A stretch of DNA of 64,000 nucleotides from an uncultured delta proteobacterium (GTDB lineage Bacteria > Desulfobacterota > Binatia > Binatales > Binataceae). The position numbers were made by a program, and so were the translations under genes. Below, piece by piece: positions 28,709 through 38,043 of this stretch. Below the pieces are notes generated by a model. That model made no database searches, was not told the DNA's origin, and was given only the letters and a program-made list of their open reading frames with translations. The stretch lies in assembly GCA_963711565.1 (NCBI GenBank), contig CAVQEQ010000001.1, positions 864,001-928,000 of the forward strand, in the 5' to 3' direction. The stretch's first letter is position 1; the number at the start of each line of letters is the position of its first letter.

Positions 28709-28931
28709 GGCAGGGGTGACCCCTGCACCCGGTATCAGGAAGAGACAAAAAATGCGGGCTGACGCCCTGTTAGGAAGTTCTGGCGCGAGAACGCGAAGCG
28801 GGCTCGTGACCAGCGGCACAGATACACCTCGCCAGTTCCCCCCAAAGCAGTTCTAACAGGGACGAAGTCCCGCATCTTAATACTGGATGCCGGGTCACCC
28901 CCGCCGGGGGTGTGGGGCGAGGAGCCCCACA
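28709..28931. repeat. Composite palindromic REP/MITE-like element
   Basis: GCAGGGGTGACCCCTGC hairpin; inverted pair ATGCGGGCTGACGCCCTGTTAG / CTAACAGGGACGAAGTCCCGCAT; TGTGGGGC-GAGGA-GCCCCACA; related copy at 59411. Confidence 0.75.
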
Positions 28932-28946
28932 TACAATCGTTCTGCC

Positions 28947-29765
28947 CTAAATCTGCGCGGCGACGTGTGAATTCACATCGTGCAGGCGCGTGCGGCGCGG
29001 CATCGCGAGGCGGTCTGCGATTACGCGGTACACGTCGGCGTTCAGACCCATCCCGACGTGACTGCCCATCACCTCGACGTTTTCCACTGTCGGTGCGCCG
29101 CTCAGATCGATGCAGCTCTCCCAGTGCACGACGCCGTCGGTGCGCGAGTAGATATGCGTGGTCGGAACGCCGGCGGGAGATTCGTCGCTCAACATCAGTC
29201 CGCACTGACACGACTCGCTGAGGCATCCTTCGGCCCTTCCGCGAATTGCTGCGATCGACTTCGCCACCGCTTCGACTGCGAGGTTGGCGTGGCGGCGTGG
29301 CATCCTGATAGGCGAGCCCAATGAAATAACGCGCTCGACCATTTCGGGATGCTCGCGCGCAATCTCGCGCGCGTAGACGCCGCCCAGACTCTGGCCGACG
29401 ATCACGATCGGCTGATCGAATTTTTCGTAGGCGAGCGCGAGCCGCGCATTCAGTTTGCGCATCGTCTCGCGCGGGCATTCGGAGTTCGACAGGATTCCCG
29501 CGTACACGGCGCGATGGCCGAGCCATCGGCAAAAGTTCGCCAGCGGCGCGAGCGTCATATCGCCGGCCATGAAGCCGGGAATCAGCATGACGACTTTGGC
29601 GTTGTGCGGCTTTACGTGCGGCCACGGATGCGCAAGCGCGCCGATCCAGTAGATACTGGCCTCGAGTGGAACGCGGAACTCGCCCAATGCGTCAAGCATC
29701 GAGGGTCGCTTGGGCTGGCGAAGATTACGTGAAGAAATTGAAATTTGCGCATTACCTGGAGTCAT
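28947..29765 (-). CDS. Alpha/beta hydrolase (lipase/PGAP1-like)
   Basis: LIPGFMAGD, VGQSLGGVYAR, VISLGSP, IYSRTDGVVHW, GSHVGM; RBS AAGGAG. Confidence 0.88.
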   Translation of the reverse strand: MTPGNAQISISSRNLRQPKRPSMLDALGEFRVPLEASIYWIGALAHPWPHVKPHNAKVVMLIPGFMAGDMTLAPLANFCRWLGHRAVYAGILSNSECPRETMRKLNARLALAYEKFDQPIVIVGQSLGGVYAREIAREHPEMVERVISLGSPIRMPRRHANLAVEAVAKSIAAIRGRAEGCLSESCQCGLMLSDESPAGVPTTHIYSRTDGVVHWESCIDLSGAPTVENVEVMGSHVGMGLNADVYRVIADRLAMPRRTRLHDVNSHVAAQI

Positions 29766-30141
29766 CTGTCTCCTTTGTCGGCAATTCGCGCGGGCAACGT
29801 CTCAATCGGCAGGCATATGCACGGCGAAACCGCAACCACATCCATCCTCTGTACTAAAGATAATCATTCTTTAACCAACTGTACAATAATCTCTAATAGA
29901 GGCTCTGATGATTTCGTAGGCATCGGCGCTCTACGGCACGAACGACCTGCGCACTGACGCAGCAACTGTCCGCGTAAGAATGCGGAAACTTAAAGCGGCT
30001 GTGCAAGTACAATCATCGCCAATTTAATCCAAATAGGGCGAATCCGAGGACAGAAATCAGCTCGTTCAAATTCGATGTCCTTAACGCTCGCCGGTTTGCT
30101 AACGTAGTTGGCTCAAATACCGAACTTTTTGCGAGGTACCA

Positions 30142-31128
30142 ATGGAATTTGGAATTCAGCTTGGCGGTTTGGAACCGACACAGTATCGCGCCCACGCGCA
30201 AACTGCCGAAGGGCTCGGCTACGACCTGATCGTGTTTCCCGACCATCTTGTGAACGAGGGTCCGGATCGGCAGCTCGATGCGAAGTCGCGCGTCTTCGAC
30301 CATATCGTGATGGCCGCCTCGGTCATCGAAGCGACGAAGAAGATTCGCGTCGGCCATCTCGTGCTGTGCAACCTGTTTCGCCATCCGTCGATCACCGCGC
30401 AGAGCCTAATGACGCTGGACCAGTTGAGCGGCGGCCGTCTGGTGGCGGGAATTGGTTCGGGATGGACCGAAACGGAATTCAAGATGAGCGGGATTCCGTT
30501 CCCGCCAATCACCGAGCGGTTGCGGATGCTCGACGAAGCGATCGCCGTGATTCTGTCGTTGTGGAAAAACGAGCGGACGACCTTCGACGGTGAGTTTTAC
30601 CATCTCAAGGACGCGATCCTGTGGCCGAAACCCATTCAGCAGCCGCATCCGCCGATAATCCTGGGTGGCGGCGGCAAGGGCTTGTTGCGGCTGGCGGCGA
30701 AGTACGCCGACTACATCAACATCATTCCCGATGCGGGCAAGCGCGGGCATATCTCGATGGAAGTTGTGAAACGCACCAACGACAAGTCGTTCCGCGAGAA
30801 AGTCAGCTTCGTCCGCGACGAGGCCAAGCGTCTGGGCCGCAAGCCGGACGCGGTCCGCATCAGCAACTTTGTTTTCGCGACGATCATTTCGGAATCGCGC
30901 GAAGCAACCCGCAAGACCGCCGAGATGATGGCGCCGATGTTCCAACAGACCGCAGCCGAGTTATTGGCGTCGCCGATGATCCTGATTGGGACGCCCGAGG
31001 AATGCATCTTCGAGTTGAGGCGGCGCGCGAAGGACTGGGGCACGTCGCAGATGATCTTCACCGGCGAGGTCGGGCAGAACGAAAAGCTGATGCGCGATCT
31101 GCGCGAGAAAGTCCTCGCGCACGTGTAG
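30142..31128 (+). CDS. LLM class flavin-dependent oxidoreductase
   Basis: GYDLIVFPDHL, FRHPS, LDQLSGGRLVAGIGSGW, PKPIQQPHPPIILGGGG. Confidence 0.92.
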   Translation: MEFGIQLGGLEPTQYRAHAQTAEGLGYDLIVFPDHLVNEGPDRQLDAKSRVFDHIVMAASVIEATKKIRVGHLVLCNLFRHPSITAQSLMTLDQLSGGRLVAGIGSGWTETEFKMSGIPFPPITERLRMLDEAIAVILSLWKNERTTFDGEFYHLKDAILWPKPIQQPHPPIILGGGGKGLLRLAAKYADYINIIPDAGKRGHISMEVVKRTNDKSFREKVSFVRDEAKRLGRKPDAVRISNFVFATIISESREATRKTAEMMAPMFQQTAAELLASPMILIGTPEECIFELRRRAKDWGTSQMIFTGEVGQNEKLMRDLREKVLAHV

Positions 31129-31130
31129 CC

Positions 31131-31847
31131 ATGACGCTCGAATCAAAAATTGTCGTAGTCCTCGGTGGCAGCTCGGGGATGGGGCTCGCCACCGCGAAGG
31201 CCGCCGCGGCCGAGGGCGCGCAAGTCGTGATCACCGGGCGTTCGCAGGAGAAGTTGACTGCGGCGAACGCGCAACTGCCGCCCGGGTCGCGATCCGCGGC
31301 GCTCGACGTCGCCGACGAAGCGGGAACGCGCTCATTGTTCGAGCAATTGGGCCATATCGATCACTTGTTCATCACGGCGGGGTCGGTGACGCTCGGCGCC
31401 GGCCTTACGGCGGATACCGAAAAGCTCAGACCCGCAATGGATACTCGATTCTGGGGAGCCTTGTATGCGGCTAAGTACGGCGCCGCGAAGATGAAAGACG
31501 GCGGCTCGATCACGTTGATGTCCGGGGTCTCCGCGTGGCGGCCGCGCCCGGGCGCGAGCGTCGGCGCTGCATCGTGTGGCGCGGTCGAGGCGTTCGCCCG
31601 CTCGCTGGCGATCGAGCTTGCACCGATCAGGGTGAACACAATCCAGCCCGGTTTCATCGACACTCCCCTCATCGACGAATTAGTGGGCGAGCGAAAGCGC
31701 GATCTGATCGCGATGCAATCGGCGCGGTTGCCGGTGAAACGAATCGGAACGCCGGAGGACATCGCTGATGCTGTCCTCTTTCTGATGAAGAACGGTTTCG
31801 TCACCGGCATCACGTTGACGGTCGACGGCGGCCACACGCTGATCTAG
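31131..31847 (+). CDS. SDR family oxidoreductase (atypical, catalytic Tyr absent)
   Basis: LGGSSGMGLATA, GSITLMSG, LAIELAPIRVNTIQPG, VTGITLTVDGG. Confidence 0.9.
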   Translation: MTLESKIVVVLGGSSGMGLATAKAAAAEGAQVVITGRSQEKLTAANAQLPPGSRSAALDVADEAGTRSLFEQLGHIDHLFITAGSVTLGAGLTADTEKLRPAMDTRFWGALYAAKYGAAKMKDGGSITLMSGVSAWRPRPGASVGAASCGAVEAFARSLAIELAPIRVNTIQPGFIDTPLIDELVGERKRDLIAMQSARLPVKRIGTPEDIADAVLFLMKNGFVTGITLTVDGGHTLI

Positions 31848-31881
31848 TGACGATGCGAGGACGCAGTGTCGTAACGCAACG

Positions 31882-32391
31882 CTAGAGCACCGCCGACTGC
31901 GGCACCTCTGTTGCGGGCTTCTCGTGATGCGTCCGATGCCGACCATGCGCACCCAGTTGCAGCACCAGCACGAGCGTCATCGCGGCGAGGCAGTAGAGGT
32001 GATCCTTGTAGATTCTGCGCGCGAGACGGCTCTGCTCCTCGGGTGAGTCGGACGCTTTACCCAGGCGCGACGCATTCGGAATGGTGCGGAATCGGGCGAG
32101 TCCGATCGCACTGGCAGCGGCAACGAGCGAGATCCATCCGATCCACCAGTGATACGCGCCGAACACAATCTCAATCACAATGATCAGCAAGGTCAGGAGC
32201 ATCACAACTGCGATCAGCCGATTCATCGGCCATGCTTCCCGCGTCACGCGCCGGTAGTAGCCTGAGATCGACGCGAGCGCAGCCGCGGGAACCTGGTCAC
32301 CGTCATGCCCCCGCACCTGAACGTCGAACATCAAATCGAACCAGAGTACGCAGATCAGGAATGCGGCCCCGGCCGCGGCGAATGTATGCAT
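31882..32391 (-). CDS. Hypothetical membrane protein
   Basis: Four hydrophobic segments, LWFDLMFDVQV motif; follows the Rrf2 gene. Confidence 0.7.
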   Translation of the reverse strand: MHTFAAAGAAFLICVLWFDLMFDVQVRGHDGDQVPAAALASISGYYRRVTREAWPMNRLIAVVMLLTLLIIVIEIVFGAYHWWIGWISLVAAASAIGLARFRTIPNASRLGKASDSPEEQSRLARRIYKDHLYCLAAMTLVLVLQLGAHGRHRTHHEKPATEVPQSAVL

Positions 32392-32406
32392 GGCGAAGAA
32401 TCTTTC

Positions 32407-32841
32407 CTAGATGCTGTAGTTGATTGCGTGCTTGCGCTTTTCGGCGAGCGTCTGAAGCGTCACTCCGCGCAGGATGCCGTTGACACTATCGCGCACCTCG
32501 CGCCACACCTCGCGCATCGCACACGGCTGCTCGCGCGGGCAGGTCGATGAGCTTTCCTCGAGGCATTCGACGGGCGTGTAGTCGCCCTCGATTATCTCGA
32601 CAACGTCCGCCATCGTGATCCTCGCCGGCGGCCGCGCCAGCATGTAGCCGCCGCTCGGTCCCTTCTGGCTGGCGACTAGGCCCCCGCGCTTGAGCTCGAT
32701 AAGGAGCCGGCGCAGGTAGTTCTCCGGGATGTCCTGGGTCGCCGCTATTTCCTCGACTCGGACAGGCAAAGTGGTAGGATAACGCTCCGCCAACAGCAGA
32801 AGCGCCTTCAAGGAGTAATCAACGCCGACGCCGAACTTCAT
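32407..32841 (-). CDS. Rrf2 family regulator (IscR/CymR-like, three Cys)
   Basis: YLRRLLIELKRGGLVASQKGPSGGY.LARP, C-X7-C-X5-C. Confidence 0.93.
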   Translation of the reverse strand: MKFGVGVDYSLKALLLLAERYPTTLPVRVEEIAATQDIPENYLRRLLIELKRGGLVASQKGPSGGYMLARPPARITMADVVEIIEGDYTPVECLEESSSTCPREQPCAMREVWREVRDSVNGILRGVTLQTLAEKRKHAINYSI

Positions 32842-32906
32842 GATTTTTTACTGAACTTCCGGCACAAATCTAGCACAATACCGCAATAACTGGAATACGC
32901 GACCGG

Positions 32907-32949
32907 CTTAGTCATCTACTTAATTGACTAAGTAACTCATCTAAGTTAC
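32907..32949. promoter_or_regulatory. Inverted repeat, candidate Rrf2 operator
   Basis: CTTAGTCA-N10-TGACTAAG (32907-32932), followed by GTAACT-N6-AGTTAC, in the divergent intergenic region. Confidence 0.6.
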
Positions 32950-32976
32950 CTTTTAGATTCGCAGGAGATTCGATTC

Positions 32977-34596
32977 GTGCCGAAGAGGGAACCGCAATCG
33001 TGGGAAATGGTGCTGAAGCGCAATTCGGTCGAGCGCCTTAAGCACGACCTGTTTCCCACCGAGCTGACCGGTCAATGGAACCGGCTGGTGGAGACCTCGT
33101 ACGAAAAACTCCCCGAGGAAGACATCGTGCGGCTCCAGTGGTTCGGCATGTACCACGACAAGCCGAAGATCGGCACGTTCATGATGCGGGTCAAAATTCC
33201 CAGCGGCATCCTGAGTGCCGAGGGGCTCCGCGCAATCGGTGAAATCTCCGAGACCTACGGCCGCGACCAGGGCGAGTTGACGACGCGCCAGAATATCCAG
33301 CTGCATTACATCACGCTCGACAAGTTTCCCGAGATTCTCGACAAGCTGAAGGGCTGTGGGCTGACGACGATGGGCGGATGCGGCAACGTCGTGCGCAACA
33401 TCACGGGATGCCCGGTCGCCGGCGTCGATCCCGACGAAGTTTTCGACGTGACGCCGCTGATTGCCGAGACTGCGGGATTCTTCTACGGCAATCGCGAGTA
33501 CTCCGACCTGCCGCGCAAGCACAAGATCTCGATCGCCGCATGCAATCATCAGTGCAACGCGCCCGAAATCAACTGCGTCTCGCTGATCGCGATGCTGAAA
33601 GAGGGACGCGAGGGCTTTGCGGTGCGCGTCGGCGGCGGCCAGTCCTCGACGCCGCGCCTGTCGCGACACCTCGGCGTGTTCATCGCGCGCGATCAGGCGA
33701 TGCCGGTGATGCGCGCCATCATCGACGTGTGGCAGGGCACCACCGAGTACCGGATGTCGCGCGTCAAGGCGCGGCTCAAGTTCATGATCGACGACTACGG
33801 CCCCGAGGAATTTCGCAAGCTGGTCGAAGCCAAGCTCGGTTTCGCGCTCGATAATCTCGCCGAGATGCCGCTCCCCGAGACCGAGAGCGATCACATGGGC
33901 ATCCACGGGCAGAAGCAGCCGGGGCTCAACTACGTCGGCTTCCCGGTTTACCTCGGCTTGATGAGCGGGCGGCAGATGCGCGAGATTGCGGCGCTGACGG
34001 CGTCGTTCGGCGGTGATATCCGCCTCACGCGCCGCCAGAATTTCATCATCACCGGTATTCCTACTGCGCAGCTCGACGATGTGATCGCGCAGGTCGGCGC
34101 GATCGGTTTTCCGCTCGAAGCGAACGGGCTTTACGCGTCGTCGATCGGATGCATCGGCGATCCGCATTGCAACTACGCTGTCACTCCCACCAAGACCAAG
34201 CTCGCGACGATCATCGAGCGGCTGGTGAACGAGTTCGGCGATCAGGTCGGCGGCCTCAAGCTGAATCTCGACGGATGCCCGCACGCATGCGCGCAGCATT
34301 GGACCGGCGACATCGGGCTGCAGGGCACGACCAGCCGCGGGCAGGCGGGCGAGCCGATCGAGTCGTTCGACATCATCCTGCGCGGCGGTCTGGGCAAGGA
34401 CGCGGCGATAGGCAAGCCGATAGTTCGCCGAGTCCCGTCGCCGCTGGTTGAGGATTACGTGTCGCGGCTGTTCGGGACTTACCTCGAACGGCGCGACGCC
34501 AACGAAACGTTCTCCCACTTTTGCGTGCGCACGTCCGACGCCGAACTGATTTCGGTCGCAAGTGGAAACGCAAGCGGCGCCGACGCCGCCGCATGA
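32977..34596 (+). CDS. Ferredoxin-dependent sulfite/nitrite reductase (siroheme), probably assimilatory sulfite reductase
   Basis: FMMRVKIP, LTTRQNIQLH, RNITGCP, LPRKHKI, CIG...C and DGCPHACAQ; next to cysH. Confidence 0.92.
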   Translation: MPKREPQSWEMVLKRNSVERLKHDLFPTELTGQWNRLVETSYEKLPEEDIVRLQWFGMYHDKPKIGTFMMRVKIPSGILSAEGLRAIGEISETYGRDQGELTTRQNIQLHYITLDKFPEILDKLKGCGLTTMGGCGNVVRNITGCPVAGVDPDEVFDVTPLIAETAGFFYGNREYSDLPRKHKISIAACNHQCNAPEINCVSLIAMLKEGREGFAVRVGGGQSSTPRLSRHLGVFIARDQAMPVMRAIIDVWQGTTEYRMSRVKARLKFMIDDYGPEEFRKLVEAKLGFALDNLAEMPLPETESDHMGIHGQKQPGLNYVGFPVYLGLMSGRQMREIAALTASFGGDIRLTRRQNFIITGIPTAQLDDVIAQVGAIGFPLEANGLYASSIGCIGDPHCNYAVTPTKTKLATIIERLVNEFGDQVGGLKLNLDGCPHACAQHWTGDIGLQGTTSRGQAGEPIESFDIILRGGLGKDAAIGKPIVRRVPSPLVEDYVSRLFGTYLERRDANETFSHFCVRTSDAELISVASGNASGADAAA

Positions 34597-34703
34597 ACCG
34601 GGTATAGCGCCCTGGCAGAGTGTTGAAGAACTCGATGCAACTCTTCGATTTGATTTCAAGCGCTTCAACACGCTGCGTAGAAGCTGTCTTCTTACCTACA
34701 ACA

Positions 34704-34736
34704 TCTCCCCCCTTGGGGGAGACAAGAGAGAGGGAG
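34704..34736. repeat. Short TCTCCC/GGGAGA palindromic repeat
   Basis: TCTCCCCCCTTGGGGGAGA..AGAGAGGG; similar elements near 59505 and 62026. Confidence 0.45.
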
Positions 34737-34782
34737 CAGGCGTTGAAAATTAATTTTTCAACAGCCTGCTAAGGATTTCGTC

Positions 34783-35619
34783 ATGGCGGCAGGAACCCAA
34801 TTCAACGAAGAAGTCGAAGCGCCCGAACTGAGTCTTATCATGGACGAACTCGAGGCGGGTGAAGCCGCCGTCGAGCTCGACGACAAGGAACCGCAGGAAG
34901 TCCTGGCATGGGCTATCGAAAGGTTCGGCAAGGAATTGGCGATTTGCTGCAGCTTCCAGGCTGATGGCTGTGCTCTTATCGACATGGCGCACAAGATCGA
35001 TCCTCGCATCCGTGTGTTCACGATCGACACGGGCCGGATGCCGCAGGAGACCTATGACGTAATCGATAAGTATCGCACGCGCTACGGCATCAACGTCGAA
35101 GTGTTCATGCCCGACACCGCGGTCCTACAGCAGATGGTGACCAAGCACGGCAACAATCTGTTCTACAACAACGTCAACTTGCGGCTGCTATGCTGCCAGG
35201 TGCGCAAGGTGCTGCCGCTGCGCCGAGCGTTGATGAACTACAGCGCATGGGTGACGGGACTTCGTCGCGATCAGTGGGCGACGCGCTCGAATATCCGCAA
35301 AATCGAAATCGATCACGACCACGGCGGTATCGTGAAGCTGGCTCCTTTAGCCGACTGGCAGGATGAAGAAGTCTGGAACTACATCCGCGCCAACAACGTC
35401 CCTTACAACGCGCTCTACGACAAGGGCTACAAGTCGATAGGATGCGCCCCATGCACGCGCGCCGTAGCCGAGGGCCAGGACGCTCGCGCGGGCCGATGGT
35501 GGTGGGAAACGGGCGCGCCCAAGGAATGCGGGATGCATTGCGCGATCGAAACCGGTGGCTTCGAGCACGAGCTGGCATCACTCCTAGGCCAGAACGAAGG
35601 CAGCCGTCCTAAGTCTTAG
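34783..35619 (+). CDS. cysH: Adenylyl-sulfate (APS)/PAPS reductase
   Basis: IDTGR, CCQVRKV, WVTGLRRDQ, GYKSIGCAPCT, RAGRWWWE, ECGMH; the CC + CxxC Fe-S ligands indicate APS type. Confidence 0.95.
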   Translation: MAAGTQFNEEVEAPELSLIMDELEAGEAAVELDDKEPQEVLAWAIERFGKELAICCSFQADGCALIDMAHKIDPRIRVFTIDTGRMPQETYDVIDKYRTRYGINVEVFMPDTAVLQQMVTKHGNNLFYNNVNLRLLCCQVRKVLPLRRALMNYSAWVTGLRRDQWATRSNIRKIEIDHDHGGIVKLAPLADWQDEEVWNYIRANNVPYNALYDKGYKSIGCAPCTRAVAEGQDARAGRWWWETGAPKECGMHCAIETGGFEHELASLLGQNEGSRPKS

Positions 35620-35628
35620 GGATAGACG

Positions 35629-36123
35629 ATGGCGAGCGACGACCAGCCCGGCGCGGGCGAATCGATAACGCTCGACACTCTCCAGCGCAACGTCCTAGTC
35701 CCCCAAATCCAGGCGTTCCTCGACGCGACGAATGATCCTCAAGCCCGCGAGACTTATCTAAGTCTCAAGTCCGCGGTCGAGTCACTCGAAATACCATCAG
35801 TCTTACAACTAAGACTAGGCGCGATCGTAGAAGTAGCACTAACCAGCGGCCGAGTAAGACGCCTATTCGGCCCCGCCGCAGAGCTATCGCTAAACGCCCT
35901 CTTCCTAAAAACCCCGCGCGGCCGCGAAGTAGCTCAATCACTGGCCGAATTGAACAAAGCCCTGGCAACCCTCAAAGGCCAAACAGTCGAGCAGATAACA
36001 TCGTCGCAAAGAAGCCCCGGGGCCTACTCCCTTACCCTCAAAACCAATAACTGCCAAATCGTAATCCGCTTCGAACAAGCCGGGGTCAGAGTAGAAAGCC
36101 TGGAAGTAGATCTAGATAGGTAG
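35629..36123 (+). CDS. Hypothetical protein (last gene of the cys operon) with anomalous A-ending codons
   Basis: Intact 164-aa ORF 9 bp after cysH, protein-like composition. Confidence 0.75.
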   Translation: MASDDQPGAGESITLDTLQRNVLVPQIQAFLDATNDPQARETYLSLKSAVESLEIPSVLQLRLGAIVEVALTSGRVRRLFGPAAELSLNALFLKTPRGREVAQSLAELNKALATLKGQTVEQITSSQRSPGAYSLTLKTNNCQIVIRFEQAGVRVESLEVDLDR

Positions 36124-36160
36124 CGCGGGGTTGCGGGCGCCGGACCGCTAGAGCGTCCGT

Positions 36161-36249
36161 CGAGATTCTTCGCTACAGCAGCTTTCGCTCAGAATGACAC
36201 AAGAGAGTCCAACGCCTTTCCGTCATCCTGAGCTATGCGAAGGATCTCG
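36161..36249. repeat. Inverted pair of GTCATCCTGAGC...GAAGGATCTC palindromic repeats (REP-like)
   Basis: CGAGATTCTTCGC..GCTCAGAATGAC and GTCATCCTGAGCTATGCGAAGGATCTCG. Confidence 0.7.
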
Positions 36250-36278
36250 CGCGAAGCGCGTCCTATCGACAACGCTCG

Positions 36279-36632
36279 CTACAGTTCTAGTCGCTCGGGC
36301 GGAACGCCCTCAGCTTTCGCCTTTTTGGACCGCTTTAGTTGAACCAATAACAGGTAGAGTACTACGGGCGCTCCGCAATAGAAGGAGATATCGACCATCC
36401 AGTCGTTATAAAAGTACGATTCCGTAGCAGTTAGATATACTAAACTTCCCTGAATTCGGACCGGATAAATTGCGCCCAGAGCACGGTCTGGTGTCCTCGG
36501 CGCTGTCGCTGGGAAGTACAACCCTAAGCACGCTTGACTTACCGCCACGATAACAGAGATGGAAAGCAGAAGTCGCCTAAGGATCTGCATGGCGGTAAGT
36601 CTGTCGGGCGAACTACCGGTCTCTATTTTCAT
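36279..36632 (-). CDS. Small AT-rich hypothetical membrane protein
   Basis: Two hydrophobic segments; start may be MQILRR. Confidence 0.5.
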   Translation of the reverse strand: MKIETGSSPDRLTAMQILRRLLLSISVIVAVSQACLGLYFPATAPRTPDRALGAIYPVRIQGSLVYLTATESYFYNDWMVDISFYCGAPVVLYLLLVQLKRSKKAKAEGVPPERLEL

Positions 36633-36644
36633 CCAAGGCTCTCC

Positions 36645-37943
36645 CTACGGCTCCAACCGCTCCATCATCCGCGGGAACGGCACCGTCTCCCTGATGTGAT
36701 GTATCCCGCAGAGCCAGCCGGTCATGCGCTCGATGCCCATGCCGAAGCCGGCGTGCGGGACTGAGCCGTAGCGGCGCAGATCGAGGTACCATTCGAAGGG
36801 AGCGAGCGGCAACCTGTGCGACGTAATCTTGGTGCGCAGGGTTTCGTAGTCGTCCTCGCGCTGTCCGCCGCCGATTATTTCGCCGTGACCTTCGGGCGCG
36901 AGCATATCGACGCATAGCGCAACGTCGGGACGCGCGGGGTCCTGCTTCATGTAGAACGCCTTGCACGCTGTCGGGTAGCGATGCACCATCACGGGCCGAT
37001 CGAATTCCTCCGACAGCGCGGTTTCCTCGTCGCCGCCGAAGTCGTCGCCCCAGTTGACGGCGACGCCTTTCTTTTTCAGCCGTTCGATCGCTTCGTCATA
37101 GCTGATGCGTGGATATGGAAGCTGCGCCGCCGACTGTAGCTTGGTCGTATCGCGATCGAGGGCTTTCAGCTCGGCGCCGCGCCGTTCGAGCACGCGGCCT
37201 ACGATGTACGACACGAACTGCTCAGCCAGTTCCATATCGCCGGCTAGGTCGCAGTACGCGACCTCCGGCTCGACCATCCAGAATTCCGTCAGATGACGCC
37301 GCGTTTTGGATTTCTCCGCGCGAAATGTCGGGCCGAAGCAGTACACCTTGCCGAACGCGAGCGCGCCCGCCTCCGCGTAGAGCTGTCCGCTCTGCGTCAG
37401 GTACGCCTTGCGCTCGCCGAAGTAGTCGAGCTCGAACAGGTTGGTGGTGCCCTCGCACGAAGTCGGAGTCAGAATCGGCGCGTCGAACAGGACGAAGCCG
37501 CGCTCGTGGAAAAAATCGCGGCATGCCGAGGCCACCTCGCTGCGCACCCGCAGTATCGCGTGCTGGCGCGACGACCGAATCCACAGATGACGGTTGTCGA
37601 GCAGGAACGCGACGCCATGCTCCTTGTTTGTGATCGGATAATCGGTCGCCGGCGACACGATCTCGAGCGACTTCATCGTCAATTCGAATCCCCCCGGCGC
37701 GCGCTTGTCCTCGCGCACGATGCCGGTCACTTCGAGCGACGTTTCCTGGCCCATATGATCGGCCGCCGCGAAACGCTCCGCGCCGAGATCGGCGAGCGAC
37801 GCCACGCATTGGCATACACCGGTGCCGTCGCGCACCTGCAGGAAATGGATCTTGCCGCTCGACCGCTTGCCCGCGAGCCAGCCGTTGAGCGTGACCTCGT
37901 TTCCGACGTGATGCGACAGTTCTTCGATATAAACTCGCGCCAT
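36645..37943 (-). CDS. asnS: Asparagine--tRNA ligase
   Basis: [70 protein letters not shown]. Confidence 0.97.
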   Translation of the reverse strand: MARVYIEELSHHVGNEVTLNGWLAGKRSSGKIHFLQVRDGTGVCQCVASLADLGAERFAAADHMGQETSLEVTGIVREDKRAPGGFELTMKSLEIVSPATDYPITNKEHGVAFLLDNRHLWIRSSRQHAILRVRSEVASACRDFFHERGFVLFDAPILTPTSCEGTTNLFELDYFGERKAYLTQSGQLYAEAGALAFGKVYCFGPTFRAEKSKTRRHLTEFWMVEPEVAYCDLAGDMELAEQFVSYIVGRVLERRGAELKALDRDTTKLQSAAQLPYPRISYDEAIERLKKKGVAVNWGDDFGGDEETALSEEFDRPVMVHRYPTACKAFYMKQDPARPDVALCVDMLAPEGHGEIIGGGQREDDYETLRTKITSHRLPLAPFEWYLDLRRYGSVPHAGFGMGIERMTGWLCGIHHIRETVPFPRMMERLEP

Positions 37944-38043
37944 GCGCCAATTTAAGCATATCTATGCGCAAGTACAGGAGCGCGGACGCGTCGCGCGCTT
38001 CGAGTTCATCAGCTAGGCTCGTCAGTGGGGAGGGGAAGGGCGG

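Noticed and set aside
30621-31130. N-terminal extension of the SDR (408-aa ORF)
   Set aside because: Overlaps the LLM gene; the Rossmann motif starts right after ATG 31131
32953-34671. 572-aa minus-strand ORF
   Set aside because: Antisense shadow of the sulfite reductase, typical of high-GC codon bias
35629-36123. Diversity-generating retroelement target
   Set aside because: No reverse transcriptase or template repeat; changes are synonymous G-to-A rather than A-to-N
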